DNA of 64,000 bases from an uncultured Alphaproteobacteria bacterium (GTDB taxonomy: Bacteria > Pseudomonadota > Alphaproteobacteria > Rhizobiales > Beijerinckiaceae): the NCBI GenBank assembly GCA_963718265.1, contig CAVQZL010000021.1, forward strand, positions 58,191 through 122,190, read 5' to 3'. Positions 11,767-23,357 of this stretch are shown here, one piece after another (position 1 is the stretch's first letter; each line of letters begins with the position of its first letter). Below the pieces are notes generated by a model, which was given only the letters and a program-made list of their open reading frames with translations, did not search any database and was not told the DNA's origin. The position numbers and the translations under genes are program-made.

Positions 11767-13029
11767 ATGACCGCTTCTCCGGAACAACGCATTCTGCTCA
11801 TCGCCGGCGGCGGTATCGCGGCTTACAAAACGCTCGATCTTATCCGGCGTTTACGTGAGCGAGGGTTTTTTGTACGGGCGGTGATGACGGCAGCGGCGCA
11901 GCGCTTCGTGACGAAGCTAGCGGCCGAAAGCCTGACTGGAAACCGGGTCTTCGACGATCTCTTCGCGCTAACCGATAACTCGGGGATGGGCCATATCGAG
12001 CTTTCCCGCGACGCGGACCTTCTAGTCGTTGCCCCCGCAACAGCGGATATTCTCGCAAAAATGGCGCATGGCCTAGCCAACGACCTTGCCTCGACGTTGC
12101 TTCTTGCCACGGATAAAAAAATTCTCGTAGCCCCCGCGATGAATTTGCGCATGTGGCTGCATCCGGCGACCCAACGCAACGCCACAATATTGCAAAAGGA
12201 TGGGGTGGTTTTCGTTGGTCCCGAGGACGGCGGCATGGCATGCGGCGAGTATGGCCCCGGCCGGATGAGCGAGCCGCTCGCGATCATTGCGGCGATCGAG
12301 CAGCTTTTGGCGGGCGACACCCGCATCCCATTGCCAGCGGGCGTTTCCAACAATCAACAGGTCACGGGCTTGCTCGCTGGGCGGCGCGTGCTCGTGACCT
12401 CGGGGCCGACGCATGAGCCAATTGACCCAGTGCGCTACATCGCAAATCGCTCGTCGGGCAAGCAGGGCCATGCGATTGCCGCCGCCGCCGCCGCCGCCGG
12501 CGCCGATGTCATACTTGTGTCGGGGCCGGTCGCATTGGCCGATCCGTTGGGCGTCAAGACCATTCATGTCGAATCCGCGCAGAACATGCTGAGGCAAGTC
12601 GAGGCGGCGCTGCCCGCCGACATATATATCGGCGTCGCGGCGGTTGCCGATTGGCGGGCGGCTGAAACAGCCGCCGCGAAGATCAAGAAAGATTCAAAAC
12701 GGACCGTTGGTCTGAAACTCGTCGAAAATCCGGATATTCTGGCGACGGTTGGGCAAATTTCCAAGGACCGCCCTGCCCTGGTCGTGGGTTTCGCGGCCGA
12801 GAGCGAAAAGCTTGGGGACAATGCGCAAGCCAAACTCACCGCCAAAAACTGCGATATGATTGTCGCCAATGACGTGAGCTTAGCTTCCGGCGTGATGGGT
12901 GGCGAGAATAATAAGGTGTTGATTTTGACCAAAGAGGGTAAGGAGTTTTGGCCCTGGTTGACCAAGCAAGAGGTGGCGCGCCGCCTCGTTGTCCGGCTGG
13001 CCGCGATGCTTGCGGAAACCGGCCGATGA
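11767..13029 (+). CDS. coaBC: Phosphopantothenoylcysteine decarboxylase/synthase
   Basis: [56 protein letters not shown]. Confidence 0.96.
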   Translation: MTASPEQRILLIAGGGIAAYKTLDLIRRLRERGFFVRAVMTAAAQRFVTKLAAESLTGNRVFDDLFALTDNSGMGHIELSRDADLLVVAPATADILAKMAHGLANDLASTLLLATDKKILVAPAMNLRMWLHPATQRNATILQKDGVVFVGPEDGGMACGEYGPGRMSEPLAIIAAIEQLLAGDTRIPLPAGVSNNQQVTGLLAGRRVLVTSGPTHEPIDPVRYIANRSSGKQGHAIAAAAAAAGADVILVSGPVALADPLGVKTIHVESAQNMLRQVEAALPADIYIGVAAVADWRAAETAAAKIKKDSKRTVGLKLVENPDILATVGQISKDRPALVVGFAAESEKLGDNAQAKLTAKNCDMIVANDVSLASGVMGGENNKVLILTKEGKEFWPWLTKQEVARRLVVRLAAMLAETGR

Positions 13030-13511
13030 ATGCGGCAATCGTTAGAGTCGGACTGAAACGCTTGCCACATGGCGAGGGCTTGCCCTTACCCGCCTATCAG
13101 ACCCCGGGAGCTGCGGGAATCGACCTTCTCGCCGCCCTGCCGCGCGACACGAAAATCGTGCTCGAACCGGGTGGCAGGTATCTGGTTCGCACCGGCATGG
13201 CGCTCGATATCCCGCAAAATTACGAGGCCCAGGTGCGGCCCAGATCCGGGCTCGCGCGCGACCATGGCGTCACCGTGCTAAACGCGCCGGGGACAATCGA
13301 TTCCGATTATCGCGGCGAGATTTTGGTGCTGTTGATTAATCTCGGCGACGAACCCTTCGAGATCCTCAGGGGCGCCCGGATCGCCCAGCTTGTCGTCGCG
13401 CCGCTCACAAAGGCGGTCCTCATCGAAACCGGGGAATTGACCCCGACCGCGCGGTCAAGCGACGGGTTTGGATCGACCGGACGAATGGCTGGTCTGGAGG
13501 AGCCCCGGTGA
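13026..13511 (+). CDS. dut: dUTPase
   Basis: [37 protein letters not shown]; ATGA overlap with coaBC. Confidence 0.96.
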   Translation: MNAAIVRVGLKRLPHGEGLPLPAYQTPGAAGIDLLAALPRDTKIVLEPGGRYLVRTGMALDIPQNYEAQVRPRSGLARDHGVTVLNAPGTIDSDYRGEILVLLINLGDEPFEILRGARIAQLVVAPLTKAVLIETGELTPTARSSDGFGSTGRMAGLEEPR

Positions 13512-13951
13512 TTCTCCTCTCCCGCCGCGGCCATCTTGCTCTCGCCGCGGTCGTCGATATAGCAATTCATGCGCGGCCGGGCCCCGTCGCCGCGAAGGCT
13601 CTGGCGGCCCGGCTCGAATTGCCGCCGCGGCACATTGAGGCCTTACTGCAGAGCCTCGTTCACGCCAATATTTTGAAAGGGGTTCGCGGTCCGCGCGGCG
13701 GCTATGAATTGGCGCGCGAGCGCCGCCGGATTACCGCGGCTTCGGTTTTGCGCGCGGTCTCGAGCGGAAACGATGGTGGCGAAGCGCCGCACTGCCGGCT
13801 TGTCGCACAGTTGATCGCGCCAATTGTCGATGCGGCGGGCAAGGCCTTTCTGGATGAGCTTGAGACCATTTCCATCGACGATATTTGCCGCCGCGCGGAA
13901 AATTTGATGCCGGGCAATGAAAAAAACGCGGGCGCCGACTTTACGATCTGA
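13508..13951 (+). CDS. Rrf2-family transcriptional regulator
   Basis: wHTH with [15 protein letters not shown]; coupled to dut. Confidence 0.9.
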   Translation: MILLSRRGHLALAAVVDIAIHARPGPVAAKALAARLELPPRHIEALLQSLVHANILKGVRGPRGGYELARERRRITAASVLRAVSSGNDGGEAPHCRLVAQLIAPIVDAAGKAFLDELETISIDDICRRAENLMPGNEKNAGADFTI

Positions 13952-14011
13952 TCCATCCGGCACGGGCAAGCGGGAACGCGTCTCCGGAGGCTCCAACTCC
14001 ACAGCCAGGGA

Positions 14012-14278
14012 TCAATGCAAGCTTACCATTTCGAGTTCTTGGTTCATCGCGCTAGCCATCGCGGCATCACGCGAATCGGTGACGAACAACGGCGTGCCGT
14101 CGGCGGCAAGCAGGGCAAAGAGCTGAAGTCCGGGCTCAATCGCGGGCGCCGCCGGGAAAAGCCGGCTCAATTCCTCCGAACGGATAGGCTTCAGATAGGC
14201 AACTCGGCCATCGCCGAGGCTTGCCAGCTGCTCAGTGGTGAGTGAGGGCCAGGACAAAGGATCGTTCGTGTTCAACAT
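14012..14278 (-). CDS. DUF1150-family protein
   Basis: LASLGDGRVAYLKP...LFALLAADGTP...VSLH; GAGGAG RBS. Confidence 0.8.
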   Translation of the reverse strand: MLNTNDPLSWPSLTTEQLASLGDGRVAYLKPIRSEELSRLFPAAPAIEPGLQLFALLAADGTPLFVTDSRDAAMASAMNQELEMVSLH

Positions 14279-14559
14279 GAAAGCAACTCCTCACATGGCA
14301 GTCTTCCGAAGACCCACCGGCCAACCCCGCGCAACTCGCTCACAAGTCCTTAGTTCCCAAAGCGAGCCGAGGACAGGCAGTCAAAATAAACCCCGCGCCT
14401 TTCCCCAAGCTTTGCGGCGTTTGTGATGGAATCCTCAAAGGTATCCCACCGCTGTAGTGTCTGGATATGGAGATAGCCGTACTTCATTCAAGGGGTTTTG
14501 TGGCAATCGGTGCTGACGGTCACGGGACCGCCTCAGCTTCCAATGATCCATGGTACGCA

Positions 14560-14706
14560 CGCTCCGCCGCGCCGGCCTGCGAAAGCGTCAAGTCGGCGTT
14601 TTTATTTCACGGCACGCGGCAGTGGCGCCCGCCGCCCATCCTGATCGCGGGCAGCCTTTATCTTGCCAGAGAAACTCTGGCGCTACACGGCATGCCGCCG
14701 GATTAG
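14560..14706 (+). pseudogene. 3'-end remnant of folC (dihydrofolate/folylpolyglutamate synthase)
   Basis: ACESVKSA...PPPILIAGSLYLARETLALHGMPPD* resembles the FolC C-terminal 'ILIxGSLYLAG' motif; upstream part is absent. Confidence 0.6.
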
Positions 14707-14876
14707 GCGAGCTGCCATGCTCTGCGTAATTACATAATTCGCAGCAATTTCATCGCAAGCGCCCGATAAATCACTGTCGACTGCAGAGAAAATGCAATCC
14801 TGATCACTCGCAATTCCTGGGGATCGATGACAATAGAGGTGCCGGCATACCGACCTCATCTGAGGCGCCGCTCAGG

Positions 14877-15236
14877 TCATTTCGCTTCAGTTATAGAACG
14901 GTAGGCCGTCAGCCGCTCGACGGCGAGAATGACTACGCCCATGATCCCGAAGAAGATCCGGGCATTCTGCATCGGCCAGTTCAGCGGGACGAACGCCAAA
15001 ATGATCAATACCGGGCCGACAATCCGCTCGACCTATTGGTGTCGAACGATCGGGATTACTTTGATGACCCCGGCAGGGAAGTCGGTCAGGAGCGTTATGA
15101 GCAAATGAACGCCTGCGAGCGCATAGGACAGCGCAGAAGGCCAACCTGACAGCCCGATAACGGCCGCGGCTGCGGCAAAGATCACGACGGCGAGATAGTC
15201 GATCGCACCATGGAGGGTGAGTGAGATGGGCTTCAT
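14877..15236 (-). pseudogene. Small SPW-repeat-like membrane protein with in-frame TAG at 15033-15035
   Basis: MKPISLTLHGAIDY...LLTDFPAGVIKVIP..HQ*VERIVG...LTAY; the frame continues with hydrophobic helices after the stop. GGGAG RBS. Confidence 0.6.
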
Positions 15237-15297
15237 GTCTGCGCTCCCGCCGTCAATATCCCTCGAAGACGTTAGATGAGGACGCACTGCCTGTCTG

Positions 15298-16016
15298 TCA
15301 GATAGATGACACAGCCTTTGGGGAGGTACTCGGCGGCCGCTTGAGGAAGGAGAGTGCACTGTCGTTTATGCAGATCATGTCGCGAGTATAATCTAAAAGG
15401 CCGCGCCTGCGAAGATCGCTGAGGATCGAGCTCACGACTTGACGGGAAGCGCCGACGAAGTCCGCTATGTCCTGCTGTGTGAACCTTATTTCCAGGAGAA
15501 TCCATGCGGACACCGCGCGCCGAAGGTTCCAGCGAGTTCGACCAGCGTTTCGATCACCTGCTGCTCGACGGATTGCGTCATCGCGCGCAGCACCCGCCGC
15601 TGAACCCGTCGTTTCAACTCGGCAAGGTGCTCGGCAATAAATATCGCCAATCGCGGATTGACTTCCATGGCGGCGCGCAACTCGTTTGCCAGCACCCGTT
15701 GTGCCGCCACATCGCTGATTGCCCGTGCCGTCTCCTCGTATTCCAACGGCAGTTGGGGAGTGGAAAATACGCCAGCGATTTCGCCGCATTTCAAAAATTC
15801 CATTGTGACCTCTGTCCCGTCTTCGCAGATGTGCGATGTCTTTACGCAGCCATCCAGAATGAGAAACAGCGCGCTCGCTGGTTCCCCCTGCGCATAGAGT
15901 GTCGCCTTGTCCGCCACTGCCACACGCGAAGCCGACCTGCAGCTCGATTCAATCAGTACGCTAATTGTTTTTTCGTCCACACCGCTTGATTCGACATCGG
16001 GCACTCGGATCATCAT
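15298..16016 (-). CDS. Crp/Fnr-family transcriptional regulator (frameshift near 15495)
   Basis: LYAQGEPASALFLILDG.V cNMP-like domain; HTH FTQQDIADFVGASRQVVSSIL lies in the next frame. Confidence 0.82.
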
Positions 16017-16110
16017 TTCCTGCTTTCCGAATTCTTGTAAACAACGGAACAGAGATATTGGGCGCGGGCCGGAGACGACAATCATCCACAGTAGATCAAA
16101 CGATTCTATT

Positions 16111-18291
16111 TTACGGGGACATGGTTTGGCCGGCGGCGGCCTTCACATCGCGCCGGCGGGCGTGGAGTATCCACTCCGTGTAGCCATTGGGCTGCGCACG
16201 ACCCTCAAAAATCAGATCTGCCGCTGCTTGAAAGGCATGACCATCGAAACCGGGCGCCATCCGCCGGTAGAGTGGATCGCCGGCATTTTGCTTATCGACG
16301 ACGTCCGCCATTCTTTGCAGAGTTTCGATCACCTGTTCGCGCGAGACAATCCCATGGTGCAGCCAATTAGCAATGTGCTGGCTCGAAATGCGCAAGGTCG
16401 CGCGGTCCTCCATGAGGCCAATGTCATGGATATCCGGCACTTTGGAACAGCCGACGCCCTGGTCGATCCAACGCACGACATAGCCCAAAATCCCCTGGCA
16501 ATTGTTGTCGAGCTCGGCCTGAATATCGTCTGAGGCCCAGTTCGCCCGGCCGACTGGAATCGCGAGGAGGTCGGAAAGTTGCGGCGGACTGCGCCGGGCA
16601 AGTTCCTTCCACCTGGCCGCAACATCGACCTTGTGATAATGCACCGCGTGCAGGACGGCTGCCGTCGGCGAAGGCACCCAGGCTGTATTTGCGCCGGCAA
16701 GCGGATGCACGATCTTCTGCGCGAGCATATCGGCCATCCGGTCCGGCGCGGCCCACATGCCCTTGCCAATTTGTGCCCGCCCGGGCAAGCCGCAGGCGAT
16801 GCCAACGTCGACATTGGCATTTTCATATGCGGCGATCCAGTCGGTGTTCTTCATGTCGTTCTTGCGGACCATGGGACCCGCTTCCATCGAGGTGTGAATC
16901 TCGTCGCCGGTGCGGTCAAGGAAGCCGGTATTGATGAAAAACACGCGGTCGGCTGCCGCCGCAATGCAAGCCTTGAGATTGACGGAGGTGCGCCGCTCCT
17001 CGTCCATTATGCCCATCTTTATCGTATGCCGCGGCAGCCCCAACATGTCCTCGACCGCGGAAAAAAGCGCATCGGCGAGCCCGACTTCCGCCGGCCCATG
17101 CATTTTTGGCTTCACAATGTAGATCGAGCCGCTGCGGCTGTTGCGCGGCCCCTTGACGCGCTTGAGATCGTGGATCGCGATCAGCGCGGTGACCGCGGCG
17201 TCTAGAATGGTTTCCGGGATTTCGTTCCCAGCGGAGTCGAGCACCGCACCGGTTTCGATGTGATGGCCAACATTGCGCACCAGCAACAGGGCGCGCCCAT
17301 GCAAGGTCATCGGGGCGCCATCCCGGCTGATATAGGTGCGATCCTCGGCAAGCCGCCGCTCGACGATCAATCCGTTCTTTTCGAGATTTGCCGTCAAAGT
17401 GCCCTGCATCAGCCCAAGCCAATTGCGGTAAATCGAGACCTTGTCCTCTGCATCCACCGCCGCGACACTATCCTCGAGATCGATGATGGTGCTGAGAGCG
17501 GCTTCAAGAATGACATCCGCCACGCCCGCTTTGCTCTCCGCCCCGACCAAGCTATTTTGATCGATCTCGAGCTCAACATGCAGGCCATGGTGGCGAAGCA
17601 GCACGACAAACGAGTCGAGCGACTTCTTTTTGTACCCGGCGAACCGGCCAGGATGCCGCAGCCGTGTGTCCAGGCCGTTTTCGAGACTGGCAACGAGCTC
17701 GCCGCCAGTAACCTTGTAAGCGGTAACCGCCTTGTGGCTGCCTTTCGCGAGGGGTACCAGGTCGTCGAGAAATGCACGGACCCAATCGATGACCCTGGCA
17801 CCACGCACCTTATTGTAGCCCTTTCCGCGCGCCGCGCCGTCGCTTTCTGGAATGGCGTCCGTGCCATAGAGCGCATCGTAAAGACTGCCCCAGCGCGCGT
17901 TTGCCGCGTTGAGGGCGTAGCGGGCGTTCGACGCCGGAACAACAAGCTGCGGCCCGGCGACCCGCGCGATCTCCAGGACATTTTCGGTGCGAACGGTAAA
18001 ATCGCGCGGGAGCGGGACGATGTAGCCAATATCGCGAAGAAAGTCGTGATAGCTTGCCGGGTCGAAAGGCCTCGTCGCGGTGAGGCGGTGATAGGCGTCG
18101 ATCTTTTCCTGCAGCTCGTCGCGAACCCGTAATTGGCCGCGAATAAGCGGAGCGAAATCGCCGATAAGCCCCGCGAGCCCGCTCCAAAATTGGCCGGCGC
18201 CGATGTTCGTTCCGGGCAGGACCTCGCTGCCGATAAAGTCATGCAGGATTTTCGCAACCCTGATTTCGCCGGTTTTCTCGTAATCCATCAT
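16111..18291 (-). CDS. glcB: Malate synthase G
   Basis: [72 protein letters not shown]. Confidence 0.97.
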   Translation of the reverse strand: MMDYEKTGEIRVAKILHDFIGSEVLPGTNIGAGQFWSGLAGLIGDFAPLIRGQLRVRDELQEKIDAYHRLTATRPFDPASYHDFLRDIGYIVPLPRDFTVRTENVLEIARVAGPQLVVPASNARYALNAANARWGSLYDALYGTDAIPESDGAARGKGYNKVRGARVIDWVRAFLDDLVPLAKGSHKAVTAYKVTGGELVASLENGLDTRLRHPGRFAGYKKKSLDSFVVLLRHHGLHVELEIDQNSLVGAESKAGVADVILEAALSTIIDLEDSVAAVDAEDKVSIYRNWLGLMQGTLTANLEKNGLIVERRLAEDRTYISRDGAPMTLHGRALLLVRNVGHHIETGAVLDSAGNEIPETILDAAVTALIAIHDLKRVKGPRNSRSGSIYIVKPKMHGPAEVGLADALFSAVEDMLGLPRHTIKMGIMDEERRTSVNLKACIAAAADRVFFINTGFLDRTGDEIHTSMEAGPMVRKNDMKNTDWIAAYENANVDVGIACGLPGRAQIGKGMWAAPDRMADMLAQKIVHPLAGANTAWVPSPTAAVLHAVHYHKVDVAARWKELARRSPPQLSDLLAIPVGRANWASDDIQAELDNNCQGILGYVVRWIDQGVGCSKVPDIHDIGLMEDRATLRISSQHIANWLHHGIVSREQVIETLQRMADVVDKQNAGDPLYRRMAPGFDGHAFQAAADLIFEGRAQPNGYTEWILHARRRDVKAAAGQTMSP

Positions 18292-18595
18292 GTTCCCGCT
18301 ACAAGTTCAGGTTTAATTGGGGCTGCTAACAATTACCATGCCGCGTCCGGTCATGCTCACCGCCAGGGCTGCCAACAACCGTCCCCCACAAAATCCCGGC
18401 GGAACAAAGCGCTGGGACTTGTAACATTGTTTAGTCCGGTGTGGGGGCATGCAAGGGTGATAGTGAAACGTATGGGCGAACTCTTCCAACCATGTCGGCG
18501 CATCCATAACTTGTCTCACAATCCCTCGCGTTGTACCTAGGCGTGCATTGCCCCAGCACATTGCGCGACCAAACGCCTAACGCCGGTATCAAGCT

Positions 18596-19292
18596 ATGCA
18601 ACTCCCCGACTTTATTTGCGCTGGCGCCCAGAAATGCGGGACGACCTGGCTCTATGTCCAGCTCTCCCAGCATCCGCAAGTTTTTATGCCGGGAAAAGAG
18701 CTTAATTTCTTTTACCGGCAGCTGCCCGAAATCGTGGTACCAGGAGCGGTTCCGCAGTGCTGCAGCCGGGCAGCGATGCGGCGATATTTCGCCCAATTAT
18801 GCAGCGTTCGAAGGGCTAGCTGAGCGCATCCATAAGACTTGCCCCGACGCCGTGATCGTCCACCTGCTGCGCAACCCGGTCGAGCGGGCCTTTTCGCAGT
18901 GGAAGATGGCCCGGCACCTCGGCAACATCCCGCTCGATACCCCTTTTATCGAGGCCTTTCGCGGCAATCTCCAATATATGCGGCGGCGAGGAAGATATTC
19001 GACAATCATACAAGAGTATGCGCGGTTTTGGCCGTTGGGAGAGCGCCATGCCGTCTTCTGGTACGACGATATCAGAACCCGGCCGGCCGCATTGCTTAGC
19101 GAGATCGCGGCGTTTTTGCGCCTCGATCCGGAATGGGAACCGCAGGGCCTCCATACTGTCGTCGCGCCGAGCCCGGAAGAAACGGTCATCGACGCGCGCG
19201 ACGCGTCCGAAGTGGCGCAATATTACGCACCCTTCGATCGCCAGCTCCGTTCTCTGCTGGGAATCGCCGCATTACCTTGGCCGGTCGTATAG
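18596..19292 (+). CDS. Sulfotransferase (Sulfotransfer_1/3 type; frameshift near 18725)
   Basis: 5'-PSB LPDFICAGAQKCGTTWL and KELNFF, then GDISPNY and 3'-PB LRNPVERAFS in the next frame. Confidence 0.85.
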
Positions 19293-19349
19293 GATACACT
19301 GTGCCGGGTCGAGCAGGACATCGGCCGTAACGGCGGCAGGACAGGCGGC

Positions 19350-20522
19350 ATGCCAGAAAACCCGGCAGGGCGGAAGCTAATCGCGGCGGAGCTGCCTGCA
19401 GACGCAATTCCCATTTACCGGCCCCGTTTGCCATCGGCGGACGCACTTCGGGCCTATCTGGAGTTGCTGGATCACACGCGTTGGTACTCGAATCATGGTC
19501 AGCTGGAGCGGCAGTTGGCAGCCAGGCTGTCCCGCCTGCTCGGCTCAGTGGAACCGATCATTGGAACTGCCTGCTCCGGTACTGCGGCGCTGACTGGGGC
19601 GATCCTCGCCCGCGCCGGGCGGGCATCGGCGGCACGGCCATTATGCCTCTGCCCTGGCTACACCTTTGTCGCCACCGCGGCGGCAATCGAGCAATGCGGC
19701 TACGTCCTCCATCTTGTCGATGTCGATGCAGCCAGCTGGGCATTGGATCCGGCGACACTGATGGCGCATCCAGAGCTCTCGCGGGCCGGTTTGGTTGTGC
19801 CCGTGGCGCCGTACGGGCGCGCAATTGCGCAGGAACCGTGGCGCCGGTTCGAGAAACTGACGGGGGTTCCGGTAGTCATCGATGGCGCCGCCGGCTTTGA
19901 ACGTCTGGAAGACGATCCCACGTTGCATATTGGACCAATCCCGGTGGCTCTCAGCTTCCACGCGACGAAGGTTTTCGCCACCGGCGAGGGCGGGGCAATC
20001 GTGACGACAGGCTCCGCGCTGCTGCTTCGCTCGATCCAGGCGTTGAATTTCGGGTTTATGGGAGCGCGCCGCAGCGACATCGCCGGAACCAACGGCAAGA
20101 TGAGCGAGTATCACGCCGCGGTTGGTTTGGCGGAGCTCGATGGCTGGTTTCGGAAGCGGGCCGATTTCGCCAAGGTCGCCGGTCTTTACCGGGAATGCGC
20201 GGCCCGGCACGGGCTCGGACCGCGCCTGATCACCGCGCCCGCGATCGCCTCGTGCTATGTTCTTTATGAAGTGGCCAGCCTTGCGGAGGCGCGGGCGGTA
20301 AAAGCGGCACTGGCCGAGGACGCGATCGAGTACCGCCATTGGTACGGGCTGGGGCTGCACCGCGAGCCATACTTTGCGGCGGCAGCAGGCGATCCTCTCC
20401 CCAGCGTCGAAGCCCTGGCGCCGCGGCTGATCGGTCTGCCGGTGGCGCCCGACCTCACGGGCGACAGCATCGCCCGCATCGTTGCCGTGATCGCGAATGC
20501 GGCAAAGAGGGTGTGCGCGTGA
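19350..20522 (+). CDS. DegT/DnrJ/EryC1/StrS sugar aminotransferase
   Basis: YSNHG, SGTAAL, YTFVATA, IDGAAGF, LSFHATKVFATGEGGA (PLP Lys), NGKMSEYHAA. Confidence 0.92.
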   Translation: MPENPAGRKLIAAELPADAIPIYRPRLPSADALRAYLELLDHTRWYSNHGQLERQLAARLSRLLGSVEPIIGTACSGTAALTGAILARAGRASAARPLCLCPGYTFVATAAAIEQCGYVLHLVDVDAASWALDPATLMAHPELSRAGLVVPVAPYGRAIAQEPWRRFEKLTGVPVVIDGAAGFERLEDDPTLHIGPIPVALSFHATKVFATGEGGAIVTTGSALLLRSIQALNFGFMGARRSDIAGTNGKMSEYHAAVGLAELDGWFRKRADFAKVAGLYRECAARHGLGPRLITAPAIASCYVLYEVASLAEARAVKAALAEDAIEYRHWYGLGLHREPYFAAAAGDPLPSVEALAPRLIGLPVAPDLTGDSIARIVAVIANAAKRVCA

Positions 20523-20661
20523 CCAAAACCTCGATCCATTCGGGAAGAGTCTCAACCGTAACTATGCGGCAACGCGCTACGCGTTTTGCAGCCACCGGCT
20601 GGAAAGGCCGCCGCCTTTTTCCGCTGAGCCTTTCCCCCAGATGGCGGCACATTGTTCCCCA

Positions 20662-21412
20662 TCACCCCGCTGCGGCAGCTCGCATGAACGCATCTCGACT
20701 GGCTGTATCATAGTCGGGGTAATCGAACAGGTTAAGCAACGACAGGTGGCGATGCCCGGACGGTCGGCGCGATACCGGTGTCGTAGCCGGCATCGCGGAA
20801 TTTGCGATCGAGTGTGCCATCTGTGCCAGCACCAACGCGTGTCAGCGCGGCACAGCGCATGAGTACCATCCGACCTGGCGGGTTGTGCGGGTAAGCCAGG
20901 CCGCTCGGCCCGGCGTAATCGAGATTCTGGCCGCGTTCCGGGCTGTGAAGCTTGATCAGAGCCGCAAGCCGTTCGTCGTCGAGACCGGGCTCGGCGATCC
21001 GCGCGCGTTCCCAGGGGATGAAATCCTCCTTGTCGATGGCGGGGCCTATCATGGCGAGCTTTTGGTTCCGATCCATCAATCCAACGAAGGTGCCGAGCCA
21101 GCAGGGATCGCTACCCTCGACGATGACATCGCCCTCGACATAGCCGAAGAAAGGGCCGCTACTCTCTACCAGCGACCAGATCGTCTTCCACAGTTCCCGC
21201 GGATCGTTTCGCGGCGAGCGGATCACCTCGGCGAACATGCCGCGGCGCGCAAAACCGGCGGTGACCGCGCCGACGAGCGGATCATCCGATGCCATGTCGA
21301 GAAACACGAAGCGGTGCGGATAGCGCGTGCAGCGATACAGACTATCGAGCGAGGCCCAGAGATAGAGCGGCCGGTTGCGGCAGGAAATCAGGACGGTAAT
21401 CGGTTGCGCCAT
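20662..21412 (-). CDS. GT-A/GT2-like glycosyltransferase (frameshift near 20755)
   Basis: ITVLISCRNRP, FLDMASDD, YVEGDVIV; the C-terminus continues RHLSLLNLFDYPDY in another frame. Confidence 0.6.
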
Positions 21413-21710
21413 TGGCTCGCCGCAAGAATTTAAATGAAAGCGGGTTTGCGACCGCCGCCGCAAGCTGTCGCGCCGCGCATTCGCTCCAAGCGAGCGCCCC
21501 AATTCGCTCTCGCGTGGCGGCCGATTGCAAACGTACGGCAATAAAGGCAACCGCTAATTGCTTCCCGCTCCGCGGTCCGTATTTTAAAGCGATCGCAGAC
21601 TGGTTCTCTCTTGGCAATCTTTCCCGATATTTAGCATCAGCCCCTGGCCAGCCCCGGCAGACCCGCATTTTGTTTTGCCTGAAGCAGGCCCATAGTGCCG
21701 GTGTAGAGGT

Positions 21711-21781
21711 TCCCCTCTTGGCGGCACTTCGGCTGGCGCCGCCAGCGATTAACCCTCCCCGCAACAATGCGGGAGAGGGTT
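21711..21781. repeat. Degenerate CCCTCCCC..GCGGGAGAGGG-type palindromic repeat
   Basis: ACCCTCCCCGC-AACAAT-GCGGGAGAGGGT hairpin preceded by CCCCTC. Confidence 0.45.
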
Positions 21782-21851
21782 TCTCGACCGGGAGCTTTCC
21801 ACCGCCCGCGACGACGGTACCTGACAGGAATGGCTAAACCGCTGCGTTCTC

Positions 21852-23357
21852 TCAATGACTTCCGTGCAGCGAACCCCAACCGGTGCACATATTCCAAGGA
21901 ATTAGGGTGGAGGACAGGGTATACGAGGGGTCGTAGCCTTCCCCTAAACTATTGGGAAATGCCGTCGTCCCAACGGGAGCGGGAAAGAAGTTTACTCCGC
22001 CGGGGCCGCAGAGGCCACTGGAGACGTTGGTGAAGTAAGTGGTGAGCGTCCCTTTGGCTGGCAAATTGTAGATATTCTTAAGCGCGTTGAAACTGCTAGC
22101 CCAAACGAAGCCCGACCGGTTAACGATAGCCGCAGCCAACGCAGTCGCAGCGCCGGTGCCGCCCGCAAAGGCAAACCCGCCAAAACTTGAGGTGTTGTAG
22201 ACCCAAACCCCGTTAGCAGGATCGGCGACCAAGGCCATATCGGGTGTGCCGCGCTGAGTCCCGACGATAGAGGCGATGACGTTCTGATAGGTGGGAATTG
22301 GCTCAAAGACGCTGGGGCCGCCGCCGGTGCCCAAATTCTGCGTGCTTCCGGACGTAACGACGTCGGCCGTGCTGTTGTTCCAAACCGCCTCGGTCTGGAA
22401 GGCGCCGGTGGTTTGGTTGCGGCTGATGGTTGTGCCGCCGACTCCTATGACGTTCGGAGACGCCGCCGGATAAAGCACTCCCGGATTATTGCCGGCGGCC
22501 GCGAAGTAGACGACGTTGGCGCCCGTGAAGGTGGAGTCGTTCACCGCCTCGCCACTGAATTCAGGCAAGCCCCAGCTCATCGAAACCACGCCGGAGCCAG
22601 CCAATTGTACGCATTTCGTCGCGACCGCGACAGCATTGAGCAGGTCAGTAAGTGAATCCGAATTGGCTTCGACCAAGTAAATATGGGCGCCGGGCGCGAT
22701 CGCATTCGCCATCTCGATGTCCAAAGACGCTTCGATATCCCAGCCGGTGCCCGTGCTGTCCGGAGGTTTCACGCCGTTTGTGCATCCCGCGGAGGGAGCG
22801 CCAGTTCCAAAAATCACCGTAAATGTCGCTGGGGTCACACCGAACTGGGCGTCGAAGGCGGCCAGATCGGCCGCCGCATTTGGATTGTCGAAAGCATCAA
22901 CAATGGCGATGGCTCGCGAGCCGCCCGAGGTGTTGGTTGTCACGGTGTTGGGCTCGCAGCCCGAGGCTACGGCGACGAGCCGGTAAACGCAGGCGATGGA
23001 GGCCGGTGTCTCGGCCAGGTAACCAGCGAAGGGCGGCCCGACAACCAGCGGCCTTGCCGCCTTGGGGAAGCCACCCTTGGGTGGAATCCCCGCCACGACG
23101 GTCGTATGAGCGAAGCCGGGTTTCGTCGTCTGACCCGAAGGCGGCGTGAAAAAACGCGCCCCCGGGGAGAAAGGAATCACCTCGCCCGAAGCAGACTTAA
23201 TAACGATGGTGCGGCCGCCGCCGCCTGGCACCTGTGCCGATCCAACTTTGACGCCGTTGCCCGGAGTTTGCGCCGCTCCGGCGTTGATTGTGAGCAGCGC
23301 CGCTGCCAGGCAGGCCCACGGCAAAATCCTAAGCTGGTTCCGGGTAAGCATAATCAA
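21852..23357 (-). CDS. Secreted S53 (sedolisin/kumamolisin)-fold protein, predicted catalytically inactive
   Basis: Signal peptide, AIAIVDAFDNP, EASLDIE, VSMSWG, YPAASPNVIGVGGT, TGGGPS, RGTPDMA, CTGWGS. It has AAGN and GGTGAA in place of the family SGD and GGTS motifs. Confidence 0.85.
   Translation of the reverse strand: MIMLTRNQLRILPWACLAAALLTINAGAAQTPGNGVKVGSAQVPGGGGRTIVIKSASGEVIPFSPGARFFTPPSGQTTKPGFAHTTVVAGIPPKGGFPKAARPLVVGPPFAGYLAETPASIACVYRLVAVASGCEPNTVTTNTSGGSRAIAIVDAFDNPNAAADLAAFDAQFGVTPATFTVIFGTGAPSAGCTNGVKPPDSTGTGWDIEASLDIEMANAIAPGAHIYLVEANSDSLTDLLNAVAVATKCVQLAGSGVVSMSWGLPEFSGEAVNDSTFTGANVVYFAAAGNNPGVLYPAASPNVIGVGGTTISRNQTTGAFQTEAVWNNSTADVVTSGSTQNLGTGGGPSVFEPIPTYQNVIASIVGTQRGTPDMALVADPANGVWVYNTSSFGGFAFAGGTGAATALAAAIVNRSGFVWASSFNALKNIYNLPAKGTLTTYFTNVSSGLCGPGGVNFFPAPVGTTAFPNSLGEGYDPSYTLSSTLIPWNMCTGWGSLHGSH

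Noticed and set aside
12478-12505. (GCC)n run in coaBC
   Set aside because: In-frame poly-Ala in a normal helix; not a phase-variable tract.
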